A stretch of DNA of 64,000 bases. It comes from Octopus vulgaris (Eukaryota). Shown here piece after piece: positions 1 to 15,393 of this stretch (position 1 is the stretch's first letter; each line of letters starts with the position of its first letter). Both the position numbers and the translations under genes were made by a program. The notes beneath the pieces are model-generated. The model searched no databases and had not been told where the DNA came from. It worked only from the letters and a program-made list of their open reading frames with translations. The stretch covers positions 23,188,001 to 23,252,000 of the forward strand of contig OX597821.1 in NCBI GenBank assembly GCA_951406725.2. Reading direction: 5' to 3'.

Positions 1-470
1 ACATTTGGGGATTCTGGTATGTAGTCACTTCTGGTTTGTAATGGGAAGTGGAGTTGCTTACAAACATTAGACAACTTGACCAAATGGCTTCCGGTACAAA
101 ACGGAAAGGGATCACAGAAATGATATGCTGAAATTTTCGAATATATACAAAAATTCTCAAACATGGTGTTTTATTATTTATATTATATGTTTTAAAATGA
201 AAATTATGTCATAGGCTTCCTTATTGGCTCAGCTTGAGCAGCGATGCATTTTCATCTTTCCGAGGTCGATAAAATACAAGTACAGGGATCCCTCGAAATT
301 TCTGGCCGTCTGCCTAAATTGTTTCTAACATAAGCACAAAGTCTGAACTTTGGAGAGAAAAGTAGGCTAGTCGAATAATTAATGCCAAAAGAAACGATTA
401 TTTCAAGATTATTTAATTGGACAGAATCGGCTCTTTACTTTCTGCGTTCGAAATCCTTTCCGAGGTTAAA

Positions 471-839
471 TCTCTCTCTATATATAAACGGCAGTTTGTC
501 TGTGTGTGTTTCTGTGTGTCTGTTTGGTTGTACCCTCACCCTGACCACGGCTTTCAACCGATTCTGATGAAACTTGACACACACATAGCCCAATGTCATA
601 ATTCAAAACTAACGCAGCGAAAATTTTGAAAAGATCCCCCAGTTCTGAAAAAAATCGATAAATTCGACATGGGGTCGAGAATCAGAAACACAAACTGTCT
701 AGGGGACGCAACTCCACCTTTTTTAACTCTCAAAACAAAATTTACCATCATTTTTTTCCATTTTTTCGCTATAACTCTCTAAAAATGCTTTATAGTTATT
801 TCCCTTACAAACCTGAGCAACGCCGGGCGATACTGCTAG
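471..839 (+). mobile_element. Non-autonomous Helitron
   Basis: Starts TC after A (470) and ends CTAG before T (840), with a subterminal hairpin (cctgagcaacgccggg). The 5' part matches the element at 25274-27592 and the 3' part matches 20066-20577. Confidence 0.85.
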
Positions 840-2836
840 TGGAATATAAACGCGTCAAATACTAGGTCGACATGAACCAACTATATATAAATACATAAAT
901 AAACCCGCTCGGAAACGTTTTTCTGCATCGTGCTTCTGTTAGAATTCGCATTAATATAAATATTACATCACAACTGCTTGGAGTTATAAATAGAAGGGAG
1001 AAACACCATGTTGTGTGCGTCTGTGACTGCCATCCCAATGGTGTAACTATTACCAAGGCGATGTCTTTGCAGGGGAATCAGGCAATCTATTTAGCAGTGT
1101 TCTGTGTGTAATATTTTCAATAGCCCACCACGCTATCTCCGTATTTAAAGAAATAAAGCATTTGCTTTTTCGTTCGCCTTCCAATATATTTCTTATACTG
1201 ACATTAAAAATATTTTTTATTGGATGGATATATATATATATATATATAAATGAGAGAGAGAGAGAGACTGAGAGAGAGAGAGAGAGAGAGAGAGTGGGGG
1301 GAATACTATCTATGTTTTTGTTTCTACGTGAAGTTACACAATAAAAATAGGTGAACATCAAACTGAAGGATTGTTCAATACTTCTTAGTAGAGTGGCATA
1401 TTTACATTGTTTGCAAGAAAAAGGTTGGCAAGTACTTCGAAGTCCCTGTCAACCTTTTCCCTTGTGCGCGAGAGTGTTGCTACACGATGATTTAATCGGT
1501 TTTGTACGGAAATCAACTCACTTCTCGATGACAGAATACAAAGCAATAAAGGTTTCTAGTTCTAATCCAGTTCACTGCAACTGTGTTACAAAGACACCAG
1601 ATGACGATTGCCTACCAAACCGATATAATTATGGTTGTCTCCTCTCAAAAATATGCTGTTATAATTATAATCGTAATAAGAACTATAGTAATTTCTTACG
1701 TTTGTATAAAGTCAAAAAAATTTGGCGGGGTAAGGTTGAGACCGATTTTTTAATCAAGAGATAACATTCGGCACCGTATTAGCATGTGGTCTACCTGGCC
1801 ATTTACTCTTGAGCATGCAATCTAATACTAAGCCTAACTCAGATTAGGTCATTCCAGAGTAGACAGCACGCCAAACTAACACTTGATATTCATCTTAGAG
1901 CTGATGTAGAGTATTCATGAGCAAACTGCAACCCACAGGCCCTATGTAACCATACATACATAAAGTTTGGTGATGTAAACAGAAAAAATATAATTTAAAA
2001 AAAAACAGTTTAATAAGTGCAAACAAACGAAACTCTCAACCCGCCGCAAGTCATTCTATCTTCTACCGATTATTAATGAATTAATTGTATATTTATGTAT
2101 ATCTTGTGTGATACCTGCAACATTTTACTAAGCTGCTGTAATTTAATTTTTAGATTTAACCATGTTAATTTGAACATTCGTTTCTTTCATTCATTCAGGC
2201 CTTTTCTCTGTTACGATTCCTTTAAGTTTATCAACCAATGAAAATGTACAACGATCGTCCAATTCATCTTAAAGAAGGGTGATGTCTGACTGATGTTAAA
2301 ACGTTATCTAATAAGGTCTGCTACCGCTGCCAGGAAATCAACTATCCATGCGTAACGCGGAGTCAGAAATGTAAGCCTTAAAAATTATGGTTATAATTGT
2401 GTGCCCCATGTCTTCTCTCCATTCTAATGAGGCAATCTATTACCACAGTTGCAGAGCCACCACAGACTGTACAGCTGTTGCGAATTGATGTATCTAACCA
2501 CAACAGGTTGCGACAATATATCTTGTCTGTTTTCTACAGTGGTAATGATATCATAAACACAATACGCGCACATCCTGGCTGTGTAATATTGCTACATCGT
2601 AGCAAACACACTGGCTACGACAGTCTGGCTTTATTTGCAACTCAGTTGTTATCGCTGAACCAAACCCAACCGCAGCAGCAGCAGCAGCAGCGTGAATACG
2701 TGTGGGCAAAACACACACTCACATGGCCATGTCGTTAAAAAAGGTTGCTTCGCAATTACAGTGTTCCAAGTTTGATTTTATTGTTCTGCACAGTTTCTTC
2801 CACTCTAGCATTGGGCTTAATACCCCATGAAGTATT

Positions 2837-2929
2837 GGTCATCCTCCTTATAAGATCACTATAAATTAGGTCATCCCCCTAATAAGATCACTATAAATTA
2901 GGTCATCCCCCCAATAAAATCACTATAAA
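2837..2929. repeat. Minisatellite, ~32-bp unit x3
   Basis: ggtcatccccctaataagatcactataaatta repeated three times with small variation. Confidence 0.8.
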
Positions 2930-3895
2930 GTTACAGATAATTTTCCAGTCGGGATTCATTAACGAACTTCTATACCAGCCACACACTAACGCCGTCTGAC
3001 TGCTGAGATAATCTCCTACTTTCATTCTGTGGTCATAAAACGAACAAATGCCCTTTTAAAATCATTGTTTTGGCTATCTCCTGCTTTTTGTTTGAATTTC
3101 ATGCTTTCAGGTATAACTTTCCACGATCTATAGTCACCTGAAGCCACTTAACTATAGCAATAAATACACCTACAATAAACCCTTTATAGATTATCTTTCT
3201 CAATCTTTCGAAAGTAGGTTTTTCAATCCTAGTAGCTATTTAGTAGCTCTTCTTGCCAATGATTCAATTTCACCCTCAAATCTTGAACTTTTTGCCTGTT
3301 CAACCTGGCATCCATGCATCAACACACGATATGCCATTCTCAATTTTTTTCCAACAACCAGAGAAACCCGGGACTTATGAAAGACAGGAAAGCCTTATAT
3401 TACACAGAACGTATAAAACAAAGACTCATTAAAAGTCTGAAAAGAAGCAAAAATGTTTAGGACAAACTTTCGAAAATGCTTTGGACAGCCAAAAGGTTAA
3501 ATACAAGGAATTAAGGCCCGAGTTGCATCATCCATATGGGAACCTACCACACATTTCTAAAGAGCTCTATATGTTTCCATACTTAAATGAGTTGTTTTTT
3601 TATTGGTTATCGCCACAGTTGCTCTTTTTTATGCTCTTAAAATTTCAATTCCTTTTTTTTTTTTATCTATCATAATCCTTTTCTTTCTTCCCTTTCTGAA
3701 TTACTTCAATGATCAGTCGACCTGTATAAAAAGAGTTGGTGCTACTTGAGCGTGCAGCCCACCACGCTATCCGCAGTCTACGCGGTGAAATAACTGGATC
3801 TGGGTTCTGAATCTGCAGTTTAGGTTGCTGTATGCTAAACTGGCACCAAAGTGTTTGCATTTGTTTGGATGGAAAGTTAACTACACACACACACA

Positions 3896-4105
3896 CGAGG
3901 GGCTGGTGAAAAGTTACTATTCTTTAAGGGTGTCGTGAAAGTCCTAGTTCGGAGTTCTTTTGCAGGGGTTAGAAAAACTGAATCGCTGGAACTGTTGCAA
4001 AAAGTGTGTGAATCTGAGAAGAGGAATATGTTGATTAAATCATAATTAACTGATCTTCCTGTATTTTCTTTTACCCAAAGCCAGTAACTTTTTACCACCC
4101 CTTCG
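3896..4105 (+). mobile_element. Mariner-derived MITE (internal deletion derivative)
   Basis: TIRs cgaggggctggtgaaaagttact / agtaactttttaccaccccttcg, with TA on the right. The internal aagtgtgtgaatctgagaagaggaatatgttgattaa resembles a mariner C-terminus (KCV..GEYVD*). Confidence 0.7.
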
Positions 4106-5344
4106 TACATCACCCCACTTTTCCAGTTTATGGATATTTTGCAGTTTAATGCAACCTTCGTCTTCAGGTGTAGTGTGATATGGAAAACTGACATCATTCC
4201 CCAAAAGGTAAATCTTTGGGGTGACATTTTTCTGGTTAAGTCGTTACAAAAAAGGTGTGGTCTTAAACCCGAAACCACTTAGAGGATAGCAGACTAAGTT
4301 AATAGTGACAGGCCACTATGAGATATCAAAGCACGACGGTTAACAAATCTCTGTAGGTGAACAGCCCACACTATTGGTTATTAGATCGCTTATGCGTCGA
4401 CAGAATACTATAGATTAACAGAACACTGTAAGGTTAAGAAATCACTACATAAACAGTCCACATTAAAACGTTAACTTAAACACACACACACACACACAGC
4501 TTGTGCCCTAAAAACAAGACGGGACCGATACGATTAGAATGCCTTTGATCATAAATCTGCTCAATCAGGCCTTGTCCTGGGGCTGAACACCAACATCAAC
4601 AACGAGGAAGGTTTTACGTGGTCGATCGACTGGCCAGATCGCATCCAAGCAGCTTAAATAAAGAAAATGCAATCTTAGGCCTTTAAAATATGCGAGAGCC
4701 ATGGCTGGCGGGTATGCATTTCATTATTGGGTCTGCTTGATCAAGGTTGGGCCAGGGACCACATATTAACAATAGGCAGAGTTTTGGAGTAGCTGTCCTT
4801 CGAAGTTCCATACCATATGGGAAAGAAAAAGGGTGCATATATTATCACCACCACCAACAACAGTCATTTGACTTCCTAGAAATAGCAGATAAACCTCCCT
4901 CAAATTACACACTACTTCTTCGAAAAAGAAATGACACATTGGATGAAGAATGCAGAAAAGTGAGAAGAGGATGTAAAAATAACAAAACAAAAAAAAAACT
5001 TGAAATTTTGGAGTAGAAAAACAAAAATGATAAAAATAATAATAACTCAGATCAATTTATTTTGTATGATACCGAAAAAAGAAAAAAAAATGTAGGAACA
5101 GATCAAACTGACCTTGGGCTAAAAGATCAAGCACGCCGTAAGCAGTATACCTACCACACCCAGCTATACACCTCTTCTACCACACCTACTTCACTGATTT
5201 TCCCCACCCCCACGAGTCATCGACACATCACTACAGGATCTGCACTCGATACTAACTACAATAACAACCGGTTTTGATGAGCCATGTTCCATGCAGCCTG
5301 CGTTTCTCGAAAAAACGGTTACCCATGCCTACCCTAGTCTTTAA

Positions 5345-5543
5345 TAATCCCTTCTATTATAGGCACAATGCCTGGAATTTTGGAGGAGTGGGGCTAGTCG
5401 ATTACATCGACCCCAGTGCTTAACTGGAACTAATTTTATCGAATCTGAAGGGGGTGAATGACAAAGTCGAAAAACGTTAAGACAGACGAAATGCCGCTAA
5501 GCAGTTCGCCCGGCGTGCTAACCATTTTGCCAGCTCGCCGCCT
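5345..5543 (-). mobile_element. tRNA-derived SINE (family B, ggcggcgagctggcag head), degenerate
   Basis: Reverse complement of the family seen at 54689-54918; further fragments at ~5560-5990. Confidence 0.7.
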
Positions 5544-6435
5544 TCTAATCTTAAACAATAACTTCGAATTTTGGCACAGAACCAGCAGTTTTTGAGAGGT
5601 GGGTGAAGTCGATTACATTGACCTCAGTACTTGACTGGTATTATATTAGCACTACTTAAATAGAGGTCCCGTGGGGTTAGGGTTAGATTTTAGGGACCTC
5701 TGCATTTAAGTAGCACCCTTATATTATCGACCCCGGCAGAATTTGAACTCAGAACGCCAGCTCGCCGCCCTAACCCTAGTCTTTAATAATAATAATAATA
5801 ATTCTTACTAATTTTGAAACAAAGCCAACAATTTGACAGGAATCCTTCGGTCGACTCCAGCACTCAATTGGTACTCAACGACCGTGATGGGATAAAAAGG
5901 TAAAGTCTATCTCGGCGTAATTTGAACTCAGGATGCAAAGAGCCTGAAGAAATGCCACTTACCATTTTGCCGCTGGCAATCTTTCAAACATGACAGAAAG
6001 ATTGCCACCCGATTTCTTAACAATTCTTCTAGCTCGTCAATAACAACAAAAATGACACATTAGACAATACAGTCCTATATACACCAAAAGTTGTTGGTGC
6101 GCCAAATAGAATGGCTTTGCGGTATTCCGACATTCTGCGTTCAAAGTTCGAAACCCGCTTAAGGTAGCTTACATCTTTTCGGGGATAAAAGTACCAATCA
6201 GAAACTAGATCGATTCTTCTGTCTTCCTCTTTCTTTCTCTCAGAAGTGGTTAAAGGCAACAGGAAAAAAAAAAACACCTTTGTATTATTCTATGTGAATT
6301 CTACAAGAAGCACTAAGCATATATTAGCGATTGTTATAAAAGAAATCACGATTGATGTTACACGCAAACACACGTACGCTCTCTCTCACTTATATATATA
6401 TATATATATGTATATATATAATATATATATATATA

Positions 6436-7073
<638 letters not shown>

Positions 7074-7460
7074 CATTCCTACTGAAGAGTCGGAAATTAC
7101 CTAGTGCACTAAAACCTATTTTCTTTAAAACAAAACAAAGAATCTGGTGGTGTTTAGCCTTCCGCTGTCCTTAATTTTTCAGTTGATATTTGTTTTATTT
7201 AGTTGCTTTTTTTAGAATTAAAAATTAAGCATATTTTTGAAGAATCATAATCCCAGGTGTAACAGAACAAATCTGAAAACAATTTTCAAAAAAAAAAAAG
7301 TCAAAATGAGGAAAAAAATTTACATAAAAATATTGCTGGAGGGAAGTCATCTCGTCCCCTGATGGGTAATTTTGGAGGTGATGGTGGGGGAAATCCGAAA
7401 AGATTATGATTTTGAGCGCACTACACATTTTCCGACTTTAGTTTATAGGAACACTATATA

Positions 7461-7502
<42 letters not shown>

Positions 7503-7503
<1 letters not shown>

Positions 7504-7603
7504 CATCATCATCATCATCATTTAGCGTCCGTTTTCCATGCTAGCATGGGTTGGACGGTTCAACTGGAGTCTGTGAAGCCAGAAGGCTTCATCAGGCCCA
7601 GTC
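7503..7603 (-). mobile_element. 3' fragment of an RTE-type LINE/SINE with (CAT)n tail
   Basis: (cat)n followed by ttagcgtccgttttccatgctagcatgggttggacgg, embedded in (TA)n. Confidence 0.45.
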
Positions 7604-7636
<33 letters not shown>

Positions 7637-8816
7637 TATACACACATTCACATACCGTGACAGAACACGAAATATGCACAAACAAACGTAAACACACTCA
7701 AATAAGTTCTGAAGACAAGCAAACACGCATAGCAATACACACACAAGTACCATACCGATTTGTAATAAAGGTAGTGCGCACCCACAACAGCTTAGTCAAA
7801 CACATAAAAGCGGAAGAGGGGGTCGTTCGCACATTTAACGGCGCACAGAAGATGTATTACGTCTGAATAAAAAGATGGGACGGTCACGGCCAGATGGCAC
7901 ACATTTGATGAATAATAAGGTCTGCAGCTGAATCAGAATTGACTTGGTCTAAAATCACAACAGCGACTATAAATAACCTTTTCTCTACCGTAGATTCCAC
8001 CCCGTTAAAGGACCATCACCACCAGGCAATAAAAGCCGACATAAAATGTAAAAAAAAAAAAAAAGGTCGTAGTTTAGCCCTAGGTCAATCTGATCCAGCA
8101 AATCCATGATCAAAATGAATTCAAGCTGCCATCATTTCGTCTCCCTCTCATTCTCTTTTATTACTTTTTTTTAAAGCAGTGTGCATGCAGGACCTTATTA
8201 TTATACCCCTCCCTATTAAAGATACTCTGGCGTGATTTGAGGGAGTTATGGTTGCTATTTCTAGTATATCAGGAGACCGCTCAGTCATGAGAGACGGTTT
8301 TTGCTGTTCACCCCTAGATTAGTTCGACAACCATACTATGATTTATCCAATGTGTCCTTTTAGTAAAACGATACCCTATAATTTGAGGGTGATTCGGATC
8401 TTCTTTCATTCCAGCCGTGACCATTCCATCATTTTTTTTCTTCTGTGCAGGGAAACCAGCGTCTGCATTATCCGAAGTGTTCTTTTCAAAGAAGTTAGAG
8501 TATAACTTGAAGATTTGGCTGCTATTTCTAGCACGTGGAACAACCACTGAGCTCCACCACCGTTATTTTGTATTATGGCTCGGCTCCATCGGTTGTGTAT
8601 AGCATATATACACAACTGCATATATGTGCGCCGATGTATAAGTGTGTATGAACTAGCGCTTGTATGCATGTATGTATGCGTGTATGCTAAAAATGTATAT
8701 AATATAGATGTGTGTTGGTATACTGTATGTAAGAAAGCTGCATACTTATTTATGCTTGTACACATGAAGTCAGCATGGATATATAGGTGCTTGCGTAAAT
8801 AATAGAAATATGTTAG

Positions 8817-9184
8817 TATATATATATATATATATATATATGTGTATGTATGTGTGTGTGTGTATATATATGTGTGTGTGTGTGTGTGTATGTGCATATA
8901 TATGTGTGTGTGTGTGTGTATGTGCATATATATGTGTGTGTGTGTGTATGTGCATATATATGTGTGTGTGTGTGTGTATGTGCATATATGTGTATATATG
9001 TGTGTATGTGCATATATATGTGTATATATATGTGTGTATGTATGTGTATATATGTGTGTGTATGTATGTGTGTATATATATGTGTGTATGTATGTGTGTA
9101 TATATATATGTGTGTATGTATGTGTGTATATATATGTGTGTATGTATGTGTATATATATATGTGTGTATATATATATGTGTATT

Positions 9185-9228
<44 letters not shown>
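8817..9228. repeat. Compound (TA)/(TG)/(TATG) microsatellite
   Basis: Direct reading. Confidence 0.95.
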
Positions 9229-9231
<3 letters not shown>

Positions 9232-9732
9232 TGCTGACAATAGAGTACGCACAAGCGTAAACACGTTCGAATATATACATACATACATAAGTACAATCTT
9301 GAAAACAGGTAAACACACCACATATATATACTTAAAAATGCACTCACATATACATAAACAAAGATGCGCACAGCAAGACAAATTATACATAGATGCACTC
9401 TTGCACACACCGGCGTATAATGCACACACATTGAGAAGGGTCCTCTTATGACCCCTATGGGAATTTATGGTGGTCCTCTCTTACAAGCACAACCATACAT
9501 AAATATTTGATCCCTTAAAACCGCAGAGGCCTCGGGGTTTCCATGCGTTCAGACGGCATTCGTTTTCAGACAGGCATATACATACATGCACACACATATA
9601 TTTATATATATACGTACGCGTATATGTAGACATCTGTGTATATACACGCACCGAGATGGCTTGAGAAGAGAAATGACAACAAACCGGGTTTTCATTATTC
9701 GTATTAATTAACGTTAATTACTTGGTACTTAC

Positions 9733-9789
9733 CGGGCTTGTAGGTGTAGCCGGTGGAGAGAGCGGGTCGCAAGCAGCATTGCTATTCAT
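9733..9789 (-). CDS. Probable first coding exon of a host gene (MNSNAACDPLSPPATPTSP); possibly KLF10/11 (cabut)-like
   Basis: Minus strand reads gcggccaagATG AAT AGC ... AGC CCG|GTAAGTAC: good initiator context, 19 open codons, a consensus phase-0 donor and locally CpG-rich non-repetitive sequence. SPPATP recalls the Drosophila cabut N-terminus (from memory, unverified). Confidence 0.65.
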
Positions 9790-10300
9790 CTTGGCCGCTA
9801 AAATATCCAGATATTCCCAGTGTGTGTATAAATATAGGGTATATAAGAATGTATATGTTAAAATTAAAAACTGTAGATATTATTATATTTGTCTGTCTTT
9901 ACACGAACAATTGCGACTGTTTTGGATAATGGTTCAACATCACAACATCCCATATCTCGTCTACGCACATGTAGCTCGGGGGTATCCTTGCTTTTCAAGA
10001 CGGACAAGTCTCTCGGCCCGACTCGATTCGTAAAACTCCAAATTGAAAATGAATAAATTGAATGCTGTTAGGGCGAGGAGGCGGTGGCGAGACAATTAAA
10101 TAAGGAAAGGAAACAAGTTTCCCCCCTCTCTCTCTGTCTCTCTCTCTCTTTTATATGTGTGTGAGTATATTTTCTTAGGGTTAAATATAATTAAAACAAA
10201 GTTTTCCTTTTTCTTTGAGGATATAATAATTTTCAGAGAGTGTAATGATCAGAAGTTACAGTGACCCAAGAGCCGAGTTTCGTGTATGTATGAATTTAAA
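9790..10300 (-). promoter_or_regulatory. Putative 5'UTR/promoter region of the minus-strand gene
   Basis: Mostly unique, CpG-containing sequence immediately upstream of the ATG, with a GC-rich block gggcgaggaggcggtggcga at ~10071-10090. The TSS cannot be determined. Confidence 0.35.
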
Positions 10301-10774
10301 GTGCTTCTGTGTGTGCGTGTGCCTGTCTGTGTGTGTGTGTGTGATTTAAATTTTTCTTGTGGCTTTGGTTTCGTTTGATTAAAAATGTCCCGTTTTGCAC
10401 ACAAAACAATTAACAACACAGGATCCAGGAAATAGACAAAGATAGGTTCGATGCAATGTCCAAATTAGTGAAATGCTAAAATTTAAATGCATGAATATTA
10501 AAATATAACAATAATGGTAATGATTTCCAAAAATAGGTTCTTCAAGTACTTGACTTGGTACTTAATTTATCGAATTTGTAAAGGAATGGCGAAACCGACG
10601 CAGGTAGGATTTGAACTCGCAAGTGACAGACAGTTATCTAATCCGTCACCTTGTCAAACAGAGCACTGAGGCAAAATTTGTGGCTCTGAATGTCTGAGGT
10701 AACTGTGACGAACTGAGAGGGAGGGAGGGAGAGATAGATATAGTAAACAAATACAGGGAGTAAAAATGTGACAG

Positions 10775-10825
<51 letters not shown>

Positions 10826-12115
10826 ATAATGAGAGAGAGGGAGGAGCAGAAAGGACTGGAGATAGTTGTGGTGGGAGGAAGTGGATTGTTGGGGATAGGC
10901 TAAGCGTGAGAGAGAGAGAGGGAGGAGGAGAAGCAGACAAAGAGAAAGGGAAAAGAAAAACACGAGAAAGAAAGAGAAAAAAGGAACGAGCTGGGAGACA
11001 AAGAGAGAGAGAGAGAGAGAGAGGGATGTTGCATGAAGTAGAAGAGAGGGAGTGAGAAAGAGAGAGAGAGGGTGAACAATAATAAAGTGGGATGTTGTGA
11101 GAGATAGAGAAATAAAGAAAAAAACAAAGAAATGCAGTAAGTTGTTGTTTAGCCCCTGGTCACCTCTGATTAAGCGAAACTACGATGAAAGATGTTCCGG
11201 CAATGACGATCCCTTTCTTTTATATATCTAGGAAATCGTGTGATTCTTTAAATGGGACTTGGTTGTTATTTCTAGCACTGAGTGCCAGGGAGTTATGGAG
11301 CAGTAGCATAGAATAGGAGAGATAGGAGTAGAAGTGAGAGAGAGAGAGAGAAAGAGAGAGAGAGGAAAAACAGAAAGGGTAAAATTAAAAACTGGAGGAG
11401 AAGGAAGAGGAGGTAAACACTGATATGAATTTGTCGTCTGGTCTTCTTTGCTCCGTTCCATATTTTGTCTTATCGTTGGGGCGTTTTGGCTCTTTCTCTC
11501 TCTTTCTCACTTCCTTTATTCTTTCTCTCAGTCTCTCCCTCATCTTTGCCCACACTCTCTTTACTAGCTCTACTTTTCTCTATTTCTCACTCATTATTTC
11601 TTTTTCACTTTTCTCTTCCTTCCAACAGTTCACACTCTCTCTCTCTCTTTCTCTCTCTCCTCTTATTATATTGCTACCATTTCCTCTCTATAATCTTCTC
11701 CCTCTTTCTTTCTCCGTTTCACTCACATCTGCTCCCTCTCTCTCTCGCTTTATCATTTCATTCTCTCCTTTTTTCGATAGCTCCCTCTCTAGCTGTGCTC
11801 TCTCTCTCTCTCCCTCTTTCACCGCACCCTTCCCACCTCCACTTCCTCTCTTTACACACACGTACATTCAGACACAAACTCACACTAAGGCACCGACACA
11901 CATTGACACACACAGACCCCCCACACACACATACACATACACATACACACGCACGCACGCATAAACACATACAGGCAAACACACTGACACGTACATTTAC
12001 AACTATAAGAACGCACGCTACGATTCATTTATTATATCGAAGCAGACACATTGCATCAATTTTATTTAAGTATCTTCGCATTTCCTATTCGCTGTCTCCC
12101 AATGAGAACTAGGTG

Positions 12116-12370
12116 ATACATACATACATACATACATACATACATACATACATACATACATACATACATACATACATACATACATACATACATACATACA
12201 TACATACATACATACATACATACATACATACATACATCATACATACATACATACATACATCATACATACATACATACATACATACATCATACATACATAC
12301 ATACATCATACATACATACATACATACATACATACATACATACATACATCATACATACATACATACATAC
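12116..12370. repeat. (CATA)n microsatellite
   Basis: Direct reading. Confidence 0.97.
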
Positions 12371-13561
12371 GTACGTACGTACATAATATAATATATTATA
12401 CACACACACACATATATATGTGTGTGTGTGTCATTTACTCTTACCTGTTTTCAGTTCGAGCTGTGGACGTGCTGACACACACAAACACACACACACACAA
12501 GCACACACACACAAGAACACACACACACACATTAAGAGTACATAGTGTGTGTGCTTTACTAACACCCATCCTTTCTCTAATTAGGATGCATAATCTAAAT
12601 GTTGTCATAAGCGCATACAACAGATAAAAAAAACTCCGAGTATATTACAAATAAATAATACTCCCTTAGTTACTACATAGTTAACCAAGACAAGACAGCA
12701 CAGAACCACATCTCACTAACCCCCCCCCCCCCCCCAAAGCTCGTAACTATTTCCTGATTCCTTGAAATGCAGACATCTGGGTCTGAACGGTCAAATGTCA
12801 AATTGTAACCGATAAAGATGGAGAATTAGACACAACATTCCATTGATGGTCTCGCTTCTCTTTCTCTCTCTCTTGTTCTTTCTTTCTTCCCTCTTTCCCT
12901 TCTCACCTGACAAGAACAATCTCAAATGATAACCATTTATTTCTGTTATGTATTCTCAAGGCCAAACATTTTGCGGGAAAGGAATAGCTGATCGATCGAT
13001 TATATTGATTATTGATCCAATACTTGACTGGTGCTATAACTTTGTTGTTGTTTTTGTTGTTGTTATTGTAAAATAATTTATTCCTTGAATCCTCCACCAG
13101 TTTAACACTATTTGCCTGACTGGTCCTGCAAATGGTCATAGCCACTCTTGACTAAATAATATATAACATTTTTTTTTAATCACAAATTCTAGGGAATATA
13201 AGTTGACTCTAGCAAAATTTGAACTCAGGTCATAAAGCACCGTACTAAATATACATGTAGCATTTTGTCCACTGCTCTATCGATTTCCTGCAAGAGCCAG
13301 AAAGGGAAACTCTTTGTGGCTGTTTAACCCCGCGTAAAACTTAATTGAGCTGAGTTACATTTTTTTTGTTGTTTTTACGTTCTAGGGTCACAAATTTCAA
13401 ATCATAAATAAGCATGCTCTGTCCTTTATTTTGACTCATTTATGTCCCGACAGCATTTTGTAGATGACGCCAACAAATTGAACAATATTATGGATAAGGT
13501 GTCGAAATTGTGATGCGTTTTGGCTGATAGCTGATGAAGGATGAGCGTGTTGTCCACGTCC

Positions 13562-13684
<123 letters not shown>

Positions 13685-13768
13685 ATTCTGTGTTCCGTTT
13701 GTCCCGGCATCATCCTGTACAACATTCTATTTCACACACACACACACACACAACACATCTCTTTTATT

Positions 13769-13967
13769 CTCTTTTACTCTTTTATTTGTTTCAGTCGTTT
13801 GACTGCAGCCATGCTGGAGCATCGCCTTTAGTTAAATAAATCGACCCCAGGAATTATTCTTTGTAAGCCTAGTACTTATTCTATCGGTCTGTTTTGCCGA
13901 AACGCTAAGTTACGGGGATGTAAACACATCAGCATCGGTTGTCAAGCGATGTTGGACACACACACAC

Positions 13968-14019
<52 letters not shown>

Positions 14020-14180
14020 GAGACGGGCCTCATTCAGTTTCCGTTCTACCAAATCCACTCATAAGGCTTTGGTCGGCCCGAGTCTATAGCAGAAGACATT
14101 TGCCGAAGGTGCCACGCAGTGGGACTGAACCCGGAAACATGTGGTTGGTAAGCAAGCAGCTTACCACACAGCCTCTCGTG
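13769..14180 (-). mobile_element. tRNA-derived SINE family A
   Basis: Reverse complement of 28212-28627, including the internal (TA)/(TG) tract and the (GTAAAAGA) tail. Confidence 0.85.
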
Positions 14181-14246
14181 CACTATGCATCTATTTGACT
14201 GTGAAACGCAATGTTGAAAACTACAGGACACCATGCCACATTTTCA

Positions 14247-14281
<35 letters not shown>

Positions 14282-14477
14282 CACACTCACTGACTCACTC
14301 TCTCACACACACATGCATACGCGCACACACTACGTTGTTTAAATTTGTACGTTTCCTTTTGTATATCAAGAGTAGAATGGTTTGGGAAAAATAGCGCTGA
14401 AATCCAATATTTTCTTGGGACTACTACATAGTGGTTGCATGCAGCTTGGTTTCATACACATACCTACATACATATAT

Positions 14478-14790
14478 GGTGGCTGCCCCCTCGTTATCGA
14501 GTATGGCCATTGCACGAAGCTTAATCAATGTTGTTATCGTGCAATGCCTGTGCAAGAAGACTTTTTTTTTTAAGTGGGGAAAGGCTGTGCACTGAGTCAA
14601 TCCCACTCACTAAGCAACAGCAGCCATAATCCGAAAAGAAGAACAAGTCAACATCATCGGTAACCACTGAGCCGCAGGTTTTATATCGGAGTTATCCCAG
14701 TTACCTGAGTTACCTTCTCCTAGAAGGATGCCCTAACAAAGGCTAGGAGACCTTCACTCCCAATGGTTTAACTGCGCGATCGAAGACTAC
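14478..14790 (-). mobile_element. Possible 5' end of an RTE-type LINE
   Basis: ccttctcctagaaggatgccctaacaaaggctaggagacc resembles RTE 5'UTR sequence in antisense; no ORF seen. Confidence 0.3.
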
Positions 14791-15393
14791 AGATCCAAAC
14801 CATCACCGGAACTGTAAAATTCTGTCAAACTTTCCACAAGCGTATTGTTTAAGCATATATGTCAAGACACGCAACGATATGCACGAGAATACACACATAA
14901 AGCAAAACATACGATTCTGCACATATTCATCCACCCATCCATCCATCCATCCATCCATCCATACATACATACATACATACATACATACATACATACATAC
15001 ATACATACATACACACAAAAATACCCTGTTGTTGATGTTGAAATTCCAATGAAGGATCCTTGGATCAAGGTTAGAAACCGGCTCTTTCTCTATTGGCAAG
15101 AAATCTTGAAATAAAACTGATTAATGACACACACACACACACTGACATATACATTATCAATTAAGGAATGATAAAAGAAGAACATTTATGTAATCGTTAA
15201 AATGGCTCCGTCAATGTCACGAATGTGTCGTGCACGAGCACTCAACTCTTTACACAATGCTTTGTATGGCAGAAGTAGTGATAAACTAGTTACAATTATT
15301 ACCAGGACTGGTTCTTTTGCCACTCCTAGTTTAATATTATGCTTTCTATTTACCTGATGATTTACTACAAAGCACAAGTATATTGAGTTCTGG

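Noticed and set aside
2397-2738. 113-aa ORF with poly-Q
   Set aside because: Non-ATG start, no recognisable domain, and antisense within the inferred intron.
3180-3320. Possible CR1 C-terminal remnant (RRATK) on the minus strand
   Set aside because: Too short and too degraded to support.
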